From the NCBI GenBank assembly GCA_004764695.1, contig SMSO01000032.1, positions 8,588,483-8,652,482 of the forward strand: a stretch of DNA of 64,000 nt, read 5' to 3'. A model generated the notes under the pieces. That model was given only the letters and a program-made list of their open reading frames with translations. It did not search any database and had not been told where the DNA came from. The DNA is from Schizochytrium sp. TIO01 (taxonomy: Eukaryota; Protista; Bigyra: Labyrinthulomycetes). Position 1 is the first letter of the stretch, and every line of letters starts with the position of its first letter. Position numbers and translations under genes: made by a program. Of this stretch, positions 36,481 through 48,900 are shown piece by piece.

Positions 36481-38889
36481 ACCGAAGGGCCGCGGCGACC
36501 TTAGTATCGACCGTGAAACTATGTGTCATGAAGAATCAACGACGATGCTCCACATTGCAACTGCAGTTCTTGCTAGCTAGTTAATTTTGAAGATCTAGGA
36601 ACCTCGACTACAACTGACGATACACCTGCGACTAGTTGGTGTGGATCAACGCACGGGAAGCGAAGAACTTGACGGAGTTGCTAATAAGAATGAAGGAGGC
36701 AAACGTTGGCATGCATGATGCCTTCCGGCTCAACCGTAGGGAATCCCAAGACGTGGTCACGGTGGCAGGACAACGCGCTTTTCCCTATTTGGAACAGCCT
36801 GAAAGGGAAAAAATAGAACAAGAATCGCAGGCTTGTATGCTGTGCATCTTGCTGGCGAAAACCGAGAGGCGGCTGCAAGATGCGACGGTGGCAGTTGCAG
36901 GGAAACGTAGAGGGTCGTGCGAGAAGACCAACGTGCGAGCAGCTACTCTAGCCAGAAGAAATAAGATCAAAAGAGAAAACTCTTTGAAGAATGAATATGT
37001 TGGGACCTGGTAACATCTTCAAGTTTTTCTCTAGTTGGCCTCTACCTTTCCTTTCTTTCTTTCTTTCTTTCTTTCTTTTTTTTTTTTTTTTTTTTTTTTT
37101 CTTTTTCTTTCTTTTTCTTTCTTTTTGCTTTTTCTTCTGTTCTTTTCTCTACCAAGTTCTGATGAAAGGAAAGGCCCAGCTCGGACTTGGCTTTATTTAT
37201 TATTATACTCAGACTCGTGGACGAGGATCATTTATTTATCTCGCTCGAAAGACCAGCGAGAGGAAACTGAGCTCAGAGCCGTGTTGTAGAAAGTGGACTA
37301 GCAGAGACTCACTGCACAGCGCACGCACTGGGAACTAGTCAAGAATGCGGACCGATCGAAAATCAAAATCAGTCAGCGGCCGAGGATGAAGCTGCGAAAT
37401 CAGTCATTCACTTCATTTCGTTTGCTAGTTTTATTCTTTTTTCTTCTTTTTTTGTAGACTTCCTAGGGTTACAATATAATTACATGCTAGTCGCTGGATA
37501 GCTGAAGAAGTCGTTCTTTTGCGAGCTGAGCTGTGTTGAAGTTGCCAAAATCCAGCGAAGAAAAAATATGATTATTTCTTTAGACATTACAAGTAAGGTA
37601 CTGCGCTCTACCGACGTCACACGTCGGTACGAGCAAAGGCTTTTCAGAAATGAAGCGAACCTTTGTCCAAGGTCTCCAAAAAGACTTGCAAAGCACTTCA
37701 GAGATAGTAAGTAGGTACCTCCTCCTTTGTATCTCGACAAAGTTCGTCTCACATTTTGTAAACTCTGGTGTTCTTCTTTGCTCTCTATGAATTATTATCG
37801 TTGCTGACTGGTGAGGGTTATTGTCAAATACTGAGTTCTAATTAGCTAATTAGAAATTAATGTCCGAGCTCTACTTAGTACGCAACTCAAGTGAGAGAAA
37901 GCAAGCTAACAATCTCTGAAATCCTTTATGGTGTCTCGGTTGGTGAATATTTTGCGAAAGTTTCGAACATTTTCTTGAATACTATAAAGCACACGCTACC
38001 GTTCTCCCTTCGAAAGGTAGCAATGTTTTCAATTCCATACAACTCTTGTTTCAAACTCTCTTCTCTACCTTCAGCTGTTATTCCTCACAGCAGGAAAAAG
38101 AACCCGAATCTTTAAAATTAAAATCTCCATTCAAGACTTTGCAGCATCAAGCTACTTAAAAGTCAGAAATGTCATCTACCTACGTGCTACGTACGTACAG
38201 GATCTTTGCTTTTAAAAAACAATAAGCCAAAAACAGATTTCCACGATGAGCTTACCAAAAATGCGTTGCCTTAAAAATCGCCTTTCAGTACATAGTGATG
38301 TATTATGCATTATGCACTCGCAAATTCCAATACAGTCTCTACACCTCAGGGCTGTTGTGGTATTTTAATGATGGGAAAAATCGGCTTGCTGAAGAATTCA
38401 AGAAAATAAAGCAGCTCACCTGCAGCGTGTTCCCTCTACTAATTAGCTTATGCCAAATTCTGCAGTCTCCCAAAAGCTTTAATGCCTCCCAGGACAATAC
38501 AAGACTATAATAGCAGGAGCTTCATATTCCTACAACTATATATTTATAGCCGACTGACTTGTCTACGATTGTTGACACTAGCTTCCAGCCGACTGACAAA
38601 ATAAATCTTAGTAGCAAACTATTTAGCAAATTATGTATTCAGAGTTTTTGCAGTGGACTACAACTTGAATGAGCGCACGCTACTATTCGAAAGAATCACT
38701 TCGATACTTCGCAGTATAAAAAAATTGACAACTTCGAAGAGCTGTGGTTGTTGAATAGAAAGAAACCTTGAACTTTTCACAGAGCTAGATGATTACTGGT
38801 CTGTCTATTGAACTTTATTTATCATGCAATCCATTTTCCACATATCAAGAATAAGAACGCACAAACCAATGCCTCACAGTGAATTAATT

Positions 38890-39540
38890 TTCTTTAATCA
38901 GAAACGACGACATCAACATCAGAGTCCTCACGCCCTGTTGTTTGCTTTCTCTCAACATCTTATCTTGGCTCCTTGTCAGTGTTTACAATTGTGATGGTCA
39001 TGGGGAATCTTCAAGGTCAAAAACAGTACCTACGAAGGTTCTACCAATCTTCTTCTTCAGGTTCACAGCAAGAAGGGAAAACGCCAAGGTCAAAAAGTTT
39101 CTTTTCTTCAATAATGCCATCCAGCTCGCACGCAGTGCACTGTATGGCGGTCCTTTTGAAGTGGCCGTGGCAGTGCTACTTTTAACACTACCACAGGAGT
39201 CTCCAGGTAGCGAACGCTGTTGTTTGCTCGCCTTTTGCTGTCGCTGTTTCTGAGTTTTTTCTTACCGGATAAACTTTCTCAGTTCTGTGAACCCGAGCAT
39301 TGCAGGAAATGCAAAAGGCGCCGACGACACAGGCAAAAAAGGCACCGCACACGCAAGAGCTGGTGCTGGTGGCAGGAACTCGCAGCTGATTATTGCTAAA
39401 ATTATCATCCCCGCCATAATGTGGTGCAGGGAGGTCAGATTCGTGGAGCGCCCATATTGGCGAGGGAGGTCATAAGGCAAACACATATGGTAGTTTGTCC
39501 AATTGATTCGGCGTCAAAGCAAAGCAAACTGTTTGATTAA
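38890..39540 (-). pseudogene. Possible decayed membrane-protein gene remnant
   Basis: One minus frame reads ~200 codons with a few stops and hydrophobic segments (IMAGMIILAIISC, FLTLAFSLLAV); no family recognised. Confidence 0.2.
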
Positions 39541-40806
39541 AAGGGTGGTTTCAATGATCAAAGATCAACTCAAGCTTGGAGTTTCACTAATTCCACTCGG
39601 ATATTGACCCACTGCTGATGAGCGGATACGTTTCTTCGACGCACAATGCGCAGTCGTGCAACTCCACATAACGATGCTTCACATCACAAAGCTGAGCACC
39701 ACCGCTGAAAAGAAGAACTAGGTTCGAGACGCTCTTTTTTTCTTCGTTTAAAGTTCTCTTTCTCTCACTCTCTCTTATATTCTCCAGCTATTCGTTTTAC
39801 TGGCCAGCACCCAGCCCCAAGGGAGACCTACACCTACACAGGCCACCCGCGAGGTCAAATTCGGGCGGTCATTTGATGAAATGGCGACCACGGCCAAGAA
39901 TAAAAACATAACTCTGTGCAAGATGCAACTAGGTGCTTGGCGACAGCACTGCATCACAGTTTCGTGTCTTGAGAAATGCCATAATGACATCCGCGGATCA
40001 TAAAATTAAAAACTAAAACACATACTAGGTAGTACAGTAAGCACACACTAAAATTTAAAATGAAAAAGAAAAGAAAAGAAAAGAAAGCAAGTTAATGGGC
40101 TAAGATAATTAAAAGGCTTACTTTTGCCACGCCGCGGCGAGGTTACCCAACTTTCTAAGAACTATTATGCGTAAGAAGAAGAGCAAATTTTGTGAAAACA
40201 CGTGCTGTGCTTTCTCCTCAATCTTTTTTTAACTACTATGAAGAGCTAAGTAAGCATAGGCTTATTTATATAGTAGATATATACATACATACGCACGTGT
40301 CCATGCACGGTCAAGTCCATGCCGAGTTGTGTATTCATTGTCGTCGCACCTCCAGTCACTTAGCGAGAGCCGTCTAAATTGGCTAGAGGTATTCACGGTC
40401 ACAGTGTCCTCGCTGCCTCAGGGTGGCGCAAAGGTCTTGTGGAGATTAGTCTCACGCTTGAGGTGAGATAGTTTTACGTTGGCTGACTCTCTGTCCATTC
40501 GATTTCTGTGCAGGCAACCTGGTGATCCATTTCCCGACGACGGCTTGCCAAGAGTGCTTTGAGCTGTAGCATCAATAACAACAACAACAACAACAGCAGC
40601 AACAACAACAAAAGAAACCAACGACGAGTCTTAGATTGTAGATAAGAGAGAAATCAAGTCGATAGTTTGTTCTGAAGGTTGTGGATCCTGTAGGATCCTT
40701 CACACAAGCACTGCACAGTACAAACAAATTGTGAATTCTACCCAATCGAACCGTGAGCCCGTACATCCCTTTTATTACCCTGCCGTTGAGGCGGTGAGAG
40801 TTTAGT

Positions 40807-43800
40807 ATGAATTCACCAAATGCTGAGGTACAACAAAACAAAATATATTCTCAGCAAAAGTGGTGTCGGGTACAAGGACCTGATGTCTGGCATCTCGTGG
40901 ATGGTGACACAAACACATTTGCTAGCGCTTTAGAAGAGGAAGAAAACAAAGGAAGTGATGCAGAGGATGAGAGCAAACAACGCATGAATTTAGGCAAAGT
41001 TGAGGAGCTCCCGTATTTTCCAGGCCAGCTAACCAACGTGGAGGATGCACTTGATCTACCGGGTCTTCATGAAGCTGCACTCCTTGATCTCATTCGGCGG
41101 CGCCTAGTGGAAGATGAAAACCCTTGCACGTGGGTGGGCAGTGTTCTGGTTAGTCTCAACCCTGGAAAAGACTTGCCTGGGCGGCGCGGCATCTCAGATG
41201 CATACTTTGACGTTCTTACGGAGGATGAAAAGGATCAGAACCAAGAGACAAGCTCAAGGGAACTCACGCTTCAAAGTAGCGCAACAGGAGCTGGCAATGA
41301 TGCCCCTGACAGAGAGCAAGATGGTTCCAATATAGAAGAGAAAAAGTCACAGTGTAATGATGACTCTGCGGCACCGCTTTACTCAAGCTCGAGATCTGTT
41401 GCTCATCTTGCTAGTGTTGCAGATCGTGCCTATACAAATATGATGGCTGGGCCAACTCGTAAAAGCCAAACCATTATGGTGAATGGAGAGAGTGGCGCAG
41501 GTAAAACTGAAGCAACAAAGTTTATTACTCGCTGCCTTGCACGAAAATCTCGCAAGGCAAGGTCAGAGTCTTCGCGAGCCTCAAAAGCAAAAGTGGACAG
41601 CTATTTCGGTAAAATGGGCCTGCGCCAGCCTGTGATGGTTGGTACAGGACGTGGAAGAGGACGTGGCCGTGGTGGTCGAGGGGGTGCAAGTGGATCGAGG
41701 GCTCCGTCACTGACGAATCTTGCTGGGCAACAGCCTGCATCAGCACATGCTGAAGTAGGATCTGCAGTGGAGGAATTCATGCTCAAAGTGTCCCCAGTCT
41801 TTGAAGCCTTCGGTAATGCATCAACAGAATCAAATCATAACTCGAGTCGATTTGGAAAATTCTTGCAACTCGAATATGATCGAGACGGTGTCCTTATTGG
41901 AGCGCGTACTAGGCACTTTCTTCTTGAAAAGACACGGGTCATTCGGCACACATCCCGACAACGAAACTTCCACATCTTCTATCAATTACTTGCTCGCATG
42001 CAGCAGGTGAGCAACAGTAAAGATACAAGCCCGGAAGAGGACGAGGAGTTTGCTCTAGGATCTTGCAGCTCATCATATAATTATATGACTTCATTAACAG
42101 AAGAAGGCGTTCAGAGTTCCCTAGAAGTAGAAACACCTTGCTTTTCAGCTGCAGACGACCAAGCCATGACTGAAGTACGCGAAGCTCTTGATGAAATTGG
42201 AGTTGATTCTAAACACCGCAAGCTTCTCTGGCAGACTCTTTTGTGTGTTCTTGAAATAGGCAACATCGAGTTTCAGCAAGCAGATCGTGGCCATGGTCTT
42301 GAAGGTTGTTGCTTAGACTCTGACTCTATACGCTCTAGTGCAGCTCTTCAACATGTAGCGAACTTTCTTGATGTTGATTTGGGGATTTTAGATCAGGCCC
42401 TGTGCTTTCGAACAGTTTCTGCAGGTGGATCTAAACGATCCTCAGTGCTTTCGCACCCCCTCACAATGACCGAGGCACTTAATTCAAGAGACGGTCTCGC
42501 GAAAGGACTTTACACTGCGCTGTTTGATTTTGTGGTCGATACTGTCAATCAGCGCATCAATGTAGGTAATGCTGACAAGCAGGTATCTGCCACAATTGGC
42601 CTCTTGGATGTTTTTGGTTTTGAGCAGACGCAGAAAAACTCGTTTGAACAGCTCTGTATGAACTATGCAAATGAAAAGCTGCAGCACAAGTTCGAGACTC
42701 ACTTGCTCGAGATTGAACGTAGCTTCCTTGAAGATGAAGGTCTTGACGCAGCCACAGATATGGCGCCATTTGAAGATAGCAGCGATGTTATAGCTGCTCT
42801 TGAAGACAAAACCTCAGGTGTTTTAACTGTGCTTGACGAGGCAAGTGCTCTTAACTTGACTGATGCTGCATTTATGGATTCTTTGCGTTCCAAGGTTGAG
42901 CACGTATCAGAGATTGATATCCCCAAGCAGGGCGGGGCGCTTCTTTTTACAATCAAACACCGCGCTGCAAACGTACAATACGATGCGCACGACTTTGTTC
43001 TCAAGAACAATGATGCCCTGCAGGCTGACGTAGCCGATATGCTTCTTCAAAGCAAAAATGATTTTGTTGCGAAACTTTTTGAGGCTTCTACGACAGGAGA
43101 AAATGCTGAACTTACTTCAAGCACGGAGGCCCATGATGTTAATGCACAGTGTAGCTCACCATCTGTCGGTGGTCAGCGACATTCTCTCCGTATGGCACTC
43201 GAGACTGGAGCTGCCGTGGCCGAATTTAAAGCAGCGCGGACTATGGCTTCCACCAAAACAATAGCAATGCTGTTTCGAAGGCAGCTTGTACACCTCGATC
43301 AGGCTATAGAAGCAACTTCAGTTCACTTTGTTCGATGTATAAAACCCTGGACAGGCCAAGCACACGGATCTGCTGCGAAACAAAACGGTTCGAGCAAATT
43401 AAACTTCCATGGTCAATTAGTACTCAATCAATTGAGCCATCTATCGGTCTTAGAGATGGTTCGTTTCCGCTCAGCAGGCTTTTGTGGACGTTTCGATCAC
43501 GAGGCTTTCTTTCGCAAATTCCGTGCATTGGCACAAATAAATCATTGTGCTCCTAGGGAGGGCGAGTCACAGCGCAAACTTGCAATTCAGCTTTTACAGC
43601 ACATTTTACCACCGACTTCATATGAAGAAAGCCAGCATCGAGTTGGTCTGGACCACATTCTTCTCCAATCAACGGCACTTGCTTTTCTCAACATCATGGA
43701 AAATATCTTGCGTCAAGCTGCCGCACGAAAAATCCAGAGGGTTGTCCGCGATAAACTTTTGGTTGACCACAAAAGGATCGATTTTGCTGTCACAAGTGTA

Positions 43801-45489
43801 CAAGCATTGTGGCGTGGGTTCGTATGCCGGGAGGAGTACACTGAAACTAGACTCACCATCGTTGATCTGCAATCGTGGTGGAGAGGAAGAACGGTTCAAC
43901 TTGATTATGAGTTCACACGAGATGCTATTATTCACTTACAAAGTGTCATCCGCATGCTTCTTCAATATCAAGAGTACAACGTCGTTGTTCACAGTGCTAA
44001 AACGATCCAAATCTGGTTTCAATACTGGACAGAAAAACATGCACGCAAACGAAGGCGTCGTCTTATGGCAGTTTGGAAGATTCAAAGCTGGTACCGCAAA
44101 ATGGTGAAAGCCCGCTTGCAAAGAGCTACAGAAGAGAACGAGAGACAGAAACTGCGCTGGGATGACTCATTGCTGAAAGATGATTTCCTCCGACACTCTG
44201 GCAAGGTAATTTGCAACAACGAAACCCATCGTCAGTTCATTCCTCTTCTCACCGGTGTTCCTGATCAAACCGAGGCATTTCTATTGCTTTTGCAAGATCG
44301 ATTTGTTCTTGCTACATCGGTACAGAAATGTGATGAGCTGCTATTGACGCCGGAGACTCGTGTCTACGCGCGAGACAAAGAAGTTTTCTTCATCAAAGGC
44401 GTGGCGCCACATCTCGAGACTGTCTATGAATTCAAGGATGCGCAAGGTCGCGCAGTCGACTGGGTTCTTGCCATGTCCAAACCTTTGAATGTAAGGGAAC
44501 AAATTCGTTTCGATCAAGCAAAACAAAAGCAACAGCGTCAATCTAAACTTTCGCGTCGGCGGGGACCGCTGCAACTACGCCAGGCCAGCTCCCCGCGCCA
44601 CCAGATGACTTCTGACGCGGAATCCGTTGCCACGGAAAGATCATCAGGTTCTTGTTCAGTGTCTTCGGTCACCTCCTCCAGTCGTGCTAAGAAGATTGCT
44701 TCGAGTATCTTCCGCAAATCGAAAAAGGGTAACTTGAAGACAAGTGTATGTCAGGTGTGGTGTGAGTTACGCCTTGAGGAATGCATGATCCTCATGTATG
44801 ACGGTTCTCTAGCAAAAGACCCTGTTGCTGGTCTTACCCTCCTTCCCCGCATTAATTTTGTTCATTTAACTCAGGACACGCCTGTTCAGGTAGTCCTCGA
44901 CGACTTTTCAGTTCCCGGAGAACAGGGTAAGCTGACGTTTACAAGCGAAACAAGTGCAATGTTAGACAAGTGGGCGGCTGATCTTAAAGTACGTACGCCT
45001 GGAGTAAAGATTACAAAATATGATGCTTTACCAAGCGATGTACAGCGTTTCGTGCAAAAGGGTGAATCTCTTGAACGCGAAAAAAGGTTTGCTGAGGCTG
45101 TTGCTTCATTTTCTCGAGCTGTGCAAGAGGTTGGTTGGCCTCGCCTCAAGTCTAATACGACTGCTGCAAAGGCGCTGCATCATCGTGCTGCTTGCAACTA
45201 TCAACGTAAATGGTATTGTGCAGCGATCCACGATGCAGAGTTAGCTCTTTTGGCACAGCCCAAGAACGCGCAAGCGCATGTACGGAAGGGACTTGCGTTT
45301 ATGGAGCTTGGCCTTGATGCAAAAGCAAAGGTTGCACTGGAAGAGGCCATTAATATTGATGCCGACTGCACAGAAGCTCGAACTGCTCTTGCAAATCTGC
45401 GAGATAAGGAAAAGGGGCATCGGATATGTAATATTCCTCGCTTGAACCGTAAAAAGGCAAATAAGCCATCTATCCCAGGTACCGCATAA
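40807..45489 (+). CDS. Unconventional myosin: motor + 6 IQ + 2 PH + 3 TPR, 1560 aa
   Basis: P-loop GESGAGKT, FEAFGNA...NSSRFGK (switch I), LLDVFGFE..NSFEQLCMNYANEKLQ (switch II), HFVRCIKP; six IQ-like motifs; PDK1-type PH-like segment, second PH-like segment, three TPRs at the C-terminus. Confidence 0.95.
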   Translation: MNSPNAEVQQNKIYSQQKWCRVQGPDVWHLVDGDTNTFASALEEEENKGSDAEDESKQRMNLGKVEELPYFPGQLTNVEDALDLPGLHEAALLDLIRRRLVEDENPCTWVGSVLVSLNPGKDLPGRRGISDAYFDVLTEDEKDQNQETSSRELTLQSSATGAGNDAPDREQDGSNIEEKKSQCNDDSAAPLYSSSRSVAHLASVADRAYTNMMAGPTRKSQTIMVNGESGAGKTEATKFITRCLARKSRKARSESSRASKAKVDSYFGKMGLRQPVMVGTGRGRGRGRGGRGGASGSRAPSLTNLAGQQPASAHAEVGSAVEEFMLKVSPVFEAFGNASTESNHNSSRFGKFLQLEYDRDGVLIGARTRHFLLEKTRVIRHTSRQRNFHIFYQLLARMQQVSNSKDTSPEEDEEFALGSCSSSYNYMTSLTEEGVQSSLEVETPCFSAADDQAMTEVREALDEIGVDSKHRKLLWQTLLCVLEIGNIEFQQADRGHGLEGCCLDSDSIRSSAALQHVANFLDVDLGILDQALCFRTVSAGGSKRSSVLSHPLTMTEALNSRDGLAKGLYTALFDFVVDTVNQRINVGNADKQVSATIGLLDVFGFEQTQKNSFEQLCMNYANEKLQHKFETHLLEIERSFLEDEGLDAATDMAPFEDSSDVIAALEDKTSGVLTVLDEASALNLTDAAFMDSLRSKVEHVSEIDIPKQGGALLFTIKHRAANVQYDAHDFVLKNNDALQADVADMLLQSKNDFVAKLFEASTTGENAELTSSTEAHDVNAQCSSPSVGGQRHSLRMALETGAAVAEFKAARTMASTKTIAMLFRRQLVHLDQAIEATSVHFVRCIKPWTGQAHGSAAKQNGSSKLNFHGQLVLNQLSHLSVLEMVRFRSAGFCGRFDHEAFFRKFRALAQINHCAPREGESQRKLAIQLLQHILPPTSYEESQHRVGLDHILLQSTALAFLNIMENILRQAAARKIQRVVRDKLLVDHKRIDFAVTSVQALWRGFVCREEYTETRLTIVDLQSWWRGRTVQLDYEFTRDAIIHLQSVIRMLLQYQEYNVVVHSAKTIQIWFQYWTEKHARKRRRRLMAVWKIQSWYRKMVKARLQRATEENERQKLRWDDSLLKDDFLRHSGKVICNNETHRQFIPLLTGVPDQTEAFLLLLQDRFVLATSVQKCDELLLTPETRVYARDKEVFFIKGVAPHLETVYEFKDAQGRAVDWVLAMSKPLNVREQIRFDQAKQKQQRQSKLSRRRGPLQLRQASSPRHQMTSDAESVATERSSGSCSVSSVTSSSRAKKIASSIFRKSKKGNLKTSVCQVWCELRLEECMILMYDGSLAKDPVAGLTLLPRINFVHLTQDTPVQVVLDDFSVPGEQGKLTFTSETSAMLDKWAADLKVRTPGVKITKYDALPSDVQRFVQKGESLEREKRFAEAVASFSRAVQEVGWPRLKSNTTAAKALHHRAACNYQRKWYCAAIHDAELALLAQPKNAQAHVRKGLAFMELGLDAKAKVALEEAINIDADCTEARTALANLRDKEKGHRICNIPRLNRKKANKPSIPGTA

Positions 45490-45932
45490 CTTGGTGGATT
45501 CAACAAAGGAAGTATGCACATGAAATGGAGACCGTCATCGATTCTGTATTATATCTTATTTTATTTTCTGTCCCGATTATTTCCTTGAAAAAGTACCCTT
45601 GCAAAGGTAGCATACGAGTAAGACCTAGTCCTCGTTTCAAATACTAATATCATGAGACGGTATTGATGGCAATTACTTCTATAATTAGATTTTTAAAGCC
45701 CAAGAGTATGAGACTACTCCCCTTCCTTCTAATCACAAGAATGAACACAACGAGAACTTTCGGTACTATAGAACAAGGTGGCAGTCAGGTTTTACCCCCT
45801 TTTCTTTAAAGATTTGCCATCAGTATACTGTTAATGGAAGAGGATTAAATTCCATCTTTCTCGCCTCTTATTGCTACCTCAAAAAAAATCAAACAAAGGA
45901 GTTACGAAAATAACATGAAAACACATTGATAT

Positions 45933-48900
45933 CTATTCATCTATAGGAGAGACTAGGAAGCTTTCTTCAAGGTCTGGAAAAGCCTCTAGCACACCTGCCA
46001 GAGCGTAAAAGTAACTTTTCTTCTGATTGGATGACTTGTAGGCAAAGCCGCCAAAGGGGTTGAGTTTCTCGTTGAAAGAAGGAGGAAGGATTTTCTCCCC
46101 ATGGAAAATATAACAGAACTCGGTCTCCTCGCCTTCAAGCTGGAGTTTTTCGATTGTCACCTTTTGCCAACGGTCCTTTAAGCTATGAACAGTTTGCTCA
46201 GGTAGCTCATATGGACCGTTGTAGCTTAATGCAGAACCGACTGTAAGAGCTGATGCAGAGATGAACTGGCGATCGGCACCAAAATATAAGAAGCCCCCAT
46301 AATGTAGCAAGCGGCGAATAGTGCTCTTATCATTTTGATTTTCGAGGAAATGAAGCTCTGTCATGTCAAGATTGTGCACTGGATAGGCCCAGCAGTAAAA
46401 GTGAGCATCAGCTGGGATAAACCAATGTCGCTGCAAACCGCGACGATTTACACCTCGTTCTTTGTGCAAATTAACTCCGCCAAGAGGACTTATTCTACCT
46501 GTCAACTTTTTACCGAGTGAATAGTACCCAACGAACTTGCGAGGGCAAATGAAGGTGTATTGATTGTTTGCAAAGTCAATTTTAATGTCTAGTCGAGGAG
46601 TTGACATCACACCGAAAGTATTTAGGTTAAGATAAGGCCATTGAGGAGGCTCAACCTGTGGGTCGAGGGAATCGTTGAAGATTGCTCCTTCAAGGCGATC
46701 TACGAGCGAATTACCATAAGACGCTTCTCTTTCTCCGACAAGCTCAAGCCATTTTAAAAACTGCTTTCGCGGCATTGCAGTCTCTCGATGCAGAGCACGA
46801 CGTACAAAGTCTGCTAAATCGCTCACAAGTGCGAGGACCTTAGCACTGTGAGGATTATCAGACCCAGGCTCGTCATATTGGAGCTTACCATTGTATTTTT
46901 GTAGGAGATCAGGGGATAGCTCTGAGATTCTATGGATAATGTGATCAATCCTTTCCTTAAAGCTCTCTTTATTGTTATCGCTGAAGGCATGCTCTTGTAA
47001 ACCTTCGAAGGATGCGTGGTTTTGAAAAATTTCGACCCGTGTTTCCTCTTCGAAAACCTCAACGTTGCCTGAATTCGGAGCTGCTGCGATGGAAGGCTTG
47101 CGCTCTTCGGTACTTTTCAGAGCTATTTTTTGACTTTTCTCAGGCTTTCTTTTGCCTACTACAAGCCTCAGAGATGTTTGGTAGGTCTCGATTTGCTTTA
47201 TAAGAATCTTGTTCACAGCAAAGAGGAACAACTCACTAGGATGATCCAGATATAGGAACTGAATGTCTTGAAGCCCGTTCCATAGCAGGTCACCATCACT
47301 CCATGGGATTCTAGAGCCACGAAGATCAAGTTCACGAAGTGAAGGACAGTTTAAGCGAATAGAAGATGCAACATCGGCAAAGTTACCCGAATGGTTGAGG
47401 CGTAGCTCGCGAAGAAATGGAGTCTTTTTGGTGAGATTGCGGATGTTTTCGTCAGTGAGATTACCAGAGAAGCTTACCAATGAGAGATAACGCATAGAAC
47501 GACTGATACAGTTAATAAAGTTCGGGTACTCGTCCGTTTTCATGTGAACGTTCACATTATCGAGGTGTAAAGCTCGCAAGGATGAGCCACAACGTTTCAT
47601 CAATTCTACCAGCGAGTGCCCATAAAATTCTGAGTTGGCATCGCAGTGAGGATCAATAACCAGCGCTAGCTCATGGAGACCAGTGCAATGATTTGCTATA
47701 GAAATAAGTGTGTCGTTCGTAAGATTCGGAAGGTTACGCAGACGAAGCTCGCGTAGGTACTTGTGACTGCCTTGGGCGATATGAGCAATACCAGAGTCAG
47801 AAACATCAAGACACGAGTCAAGAGTAAGTGATGTTAAAGCAATGGACCCTCTTTCATGGAAAGCCTGTAAACCTGCATCAGACACCTTTGTGCAAAAGCT
47901 AAGGTTCAAGTTCTGTAGACTCTGACATTTGATGGCAACAAGCCTCAGCAAATCGTCATTGACACTTACACAGTGGGTTAGATCAAGAGTACGAACGCAT
48001 TGGAACATACGTACAGGGTCCATTCTGCTAAACACGAAGGGGAGCCAGTACTCATTAAAATTCATTCCATTCTGCACGCGACGAACACCTGCCCTTCCTG
48101 TGCAACAAAGCAACGTAGTACAAGGCAATTGGACTGGACAAAGCACACTCTTCTTTGCAATCTCTGATTCAACATCTACCAAAGGGAAAGGGTCCCCTTC
48201 TAAAACAAGAGTTTCTTTGAGGGATTTACGAAAGTGCTTGTAGGCACGGTATGATGCCCAGTCCGCCGAAGCCCAGAACAACGAAATGCCGAATGTCAGA
48301 GGGCAAACAAGGATCTTCATCATCCAGCTCGCAACGTAAAGTGGAATCGAGGAGCATTGACTCACGTCATGTTCAGGATCCCACTGGAAGAACTCAGCCA
48401 ACGCACGCTTCACAGATCTGAAGACCTTATCTTCACTACTAGGATGTTTCTTAAAAGTGGTGCTGTCGTCACGTTCGTGTAGATCATCGCCATCTTCGAT
48501 TCGCTGCAAATATATGTCCACATCAGAATCTCCAACAATATGACGGGCTAGTAGTAGATTGCGGAGTATGGGAATATCATTGAGCAGGTAATACGCTTCG
48601 ACAAGTTGCCGGGTGACCGCTAATAACGAAGTTATAAGCGTGATTGAGAAAATAATACCAATAGTGCCATGCTGAAATGAAGTCAGGTAGACAATCTCCA
48701 CAGCGAGCTGAGGCAGATCCTTGAGTAGCATGACTGCTGCGGTGAGGATCGACATGCGTGCAGCCATAAAATCAACCTTTGCTTGTGTGGAGATAGAATC
48801 TTTGATGAAACTCCCCACCGATTCTCCAATAATTTTTTGACGAAGTGATTCTTGATCTCTGAATGATTGCTTCACAAATACAGTGAAGCCCGAGATTGGC

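Noticed and set aside
36636-37013. 125-aa ORF downstream of the YR relic
   Set aside because: Non-ATG start, no recognisable motif; cannot be assigned to the element or to a gene.
47240-48000. Calling the LRR proteins F-box/LRR (FBXL) or NLRs
   Set aside because: No F-box motif or P-loop NACHT/NB-ARC domain evident; the LRRs follow a membrane block.
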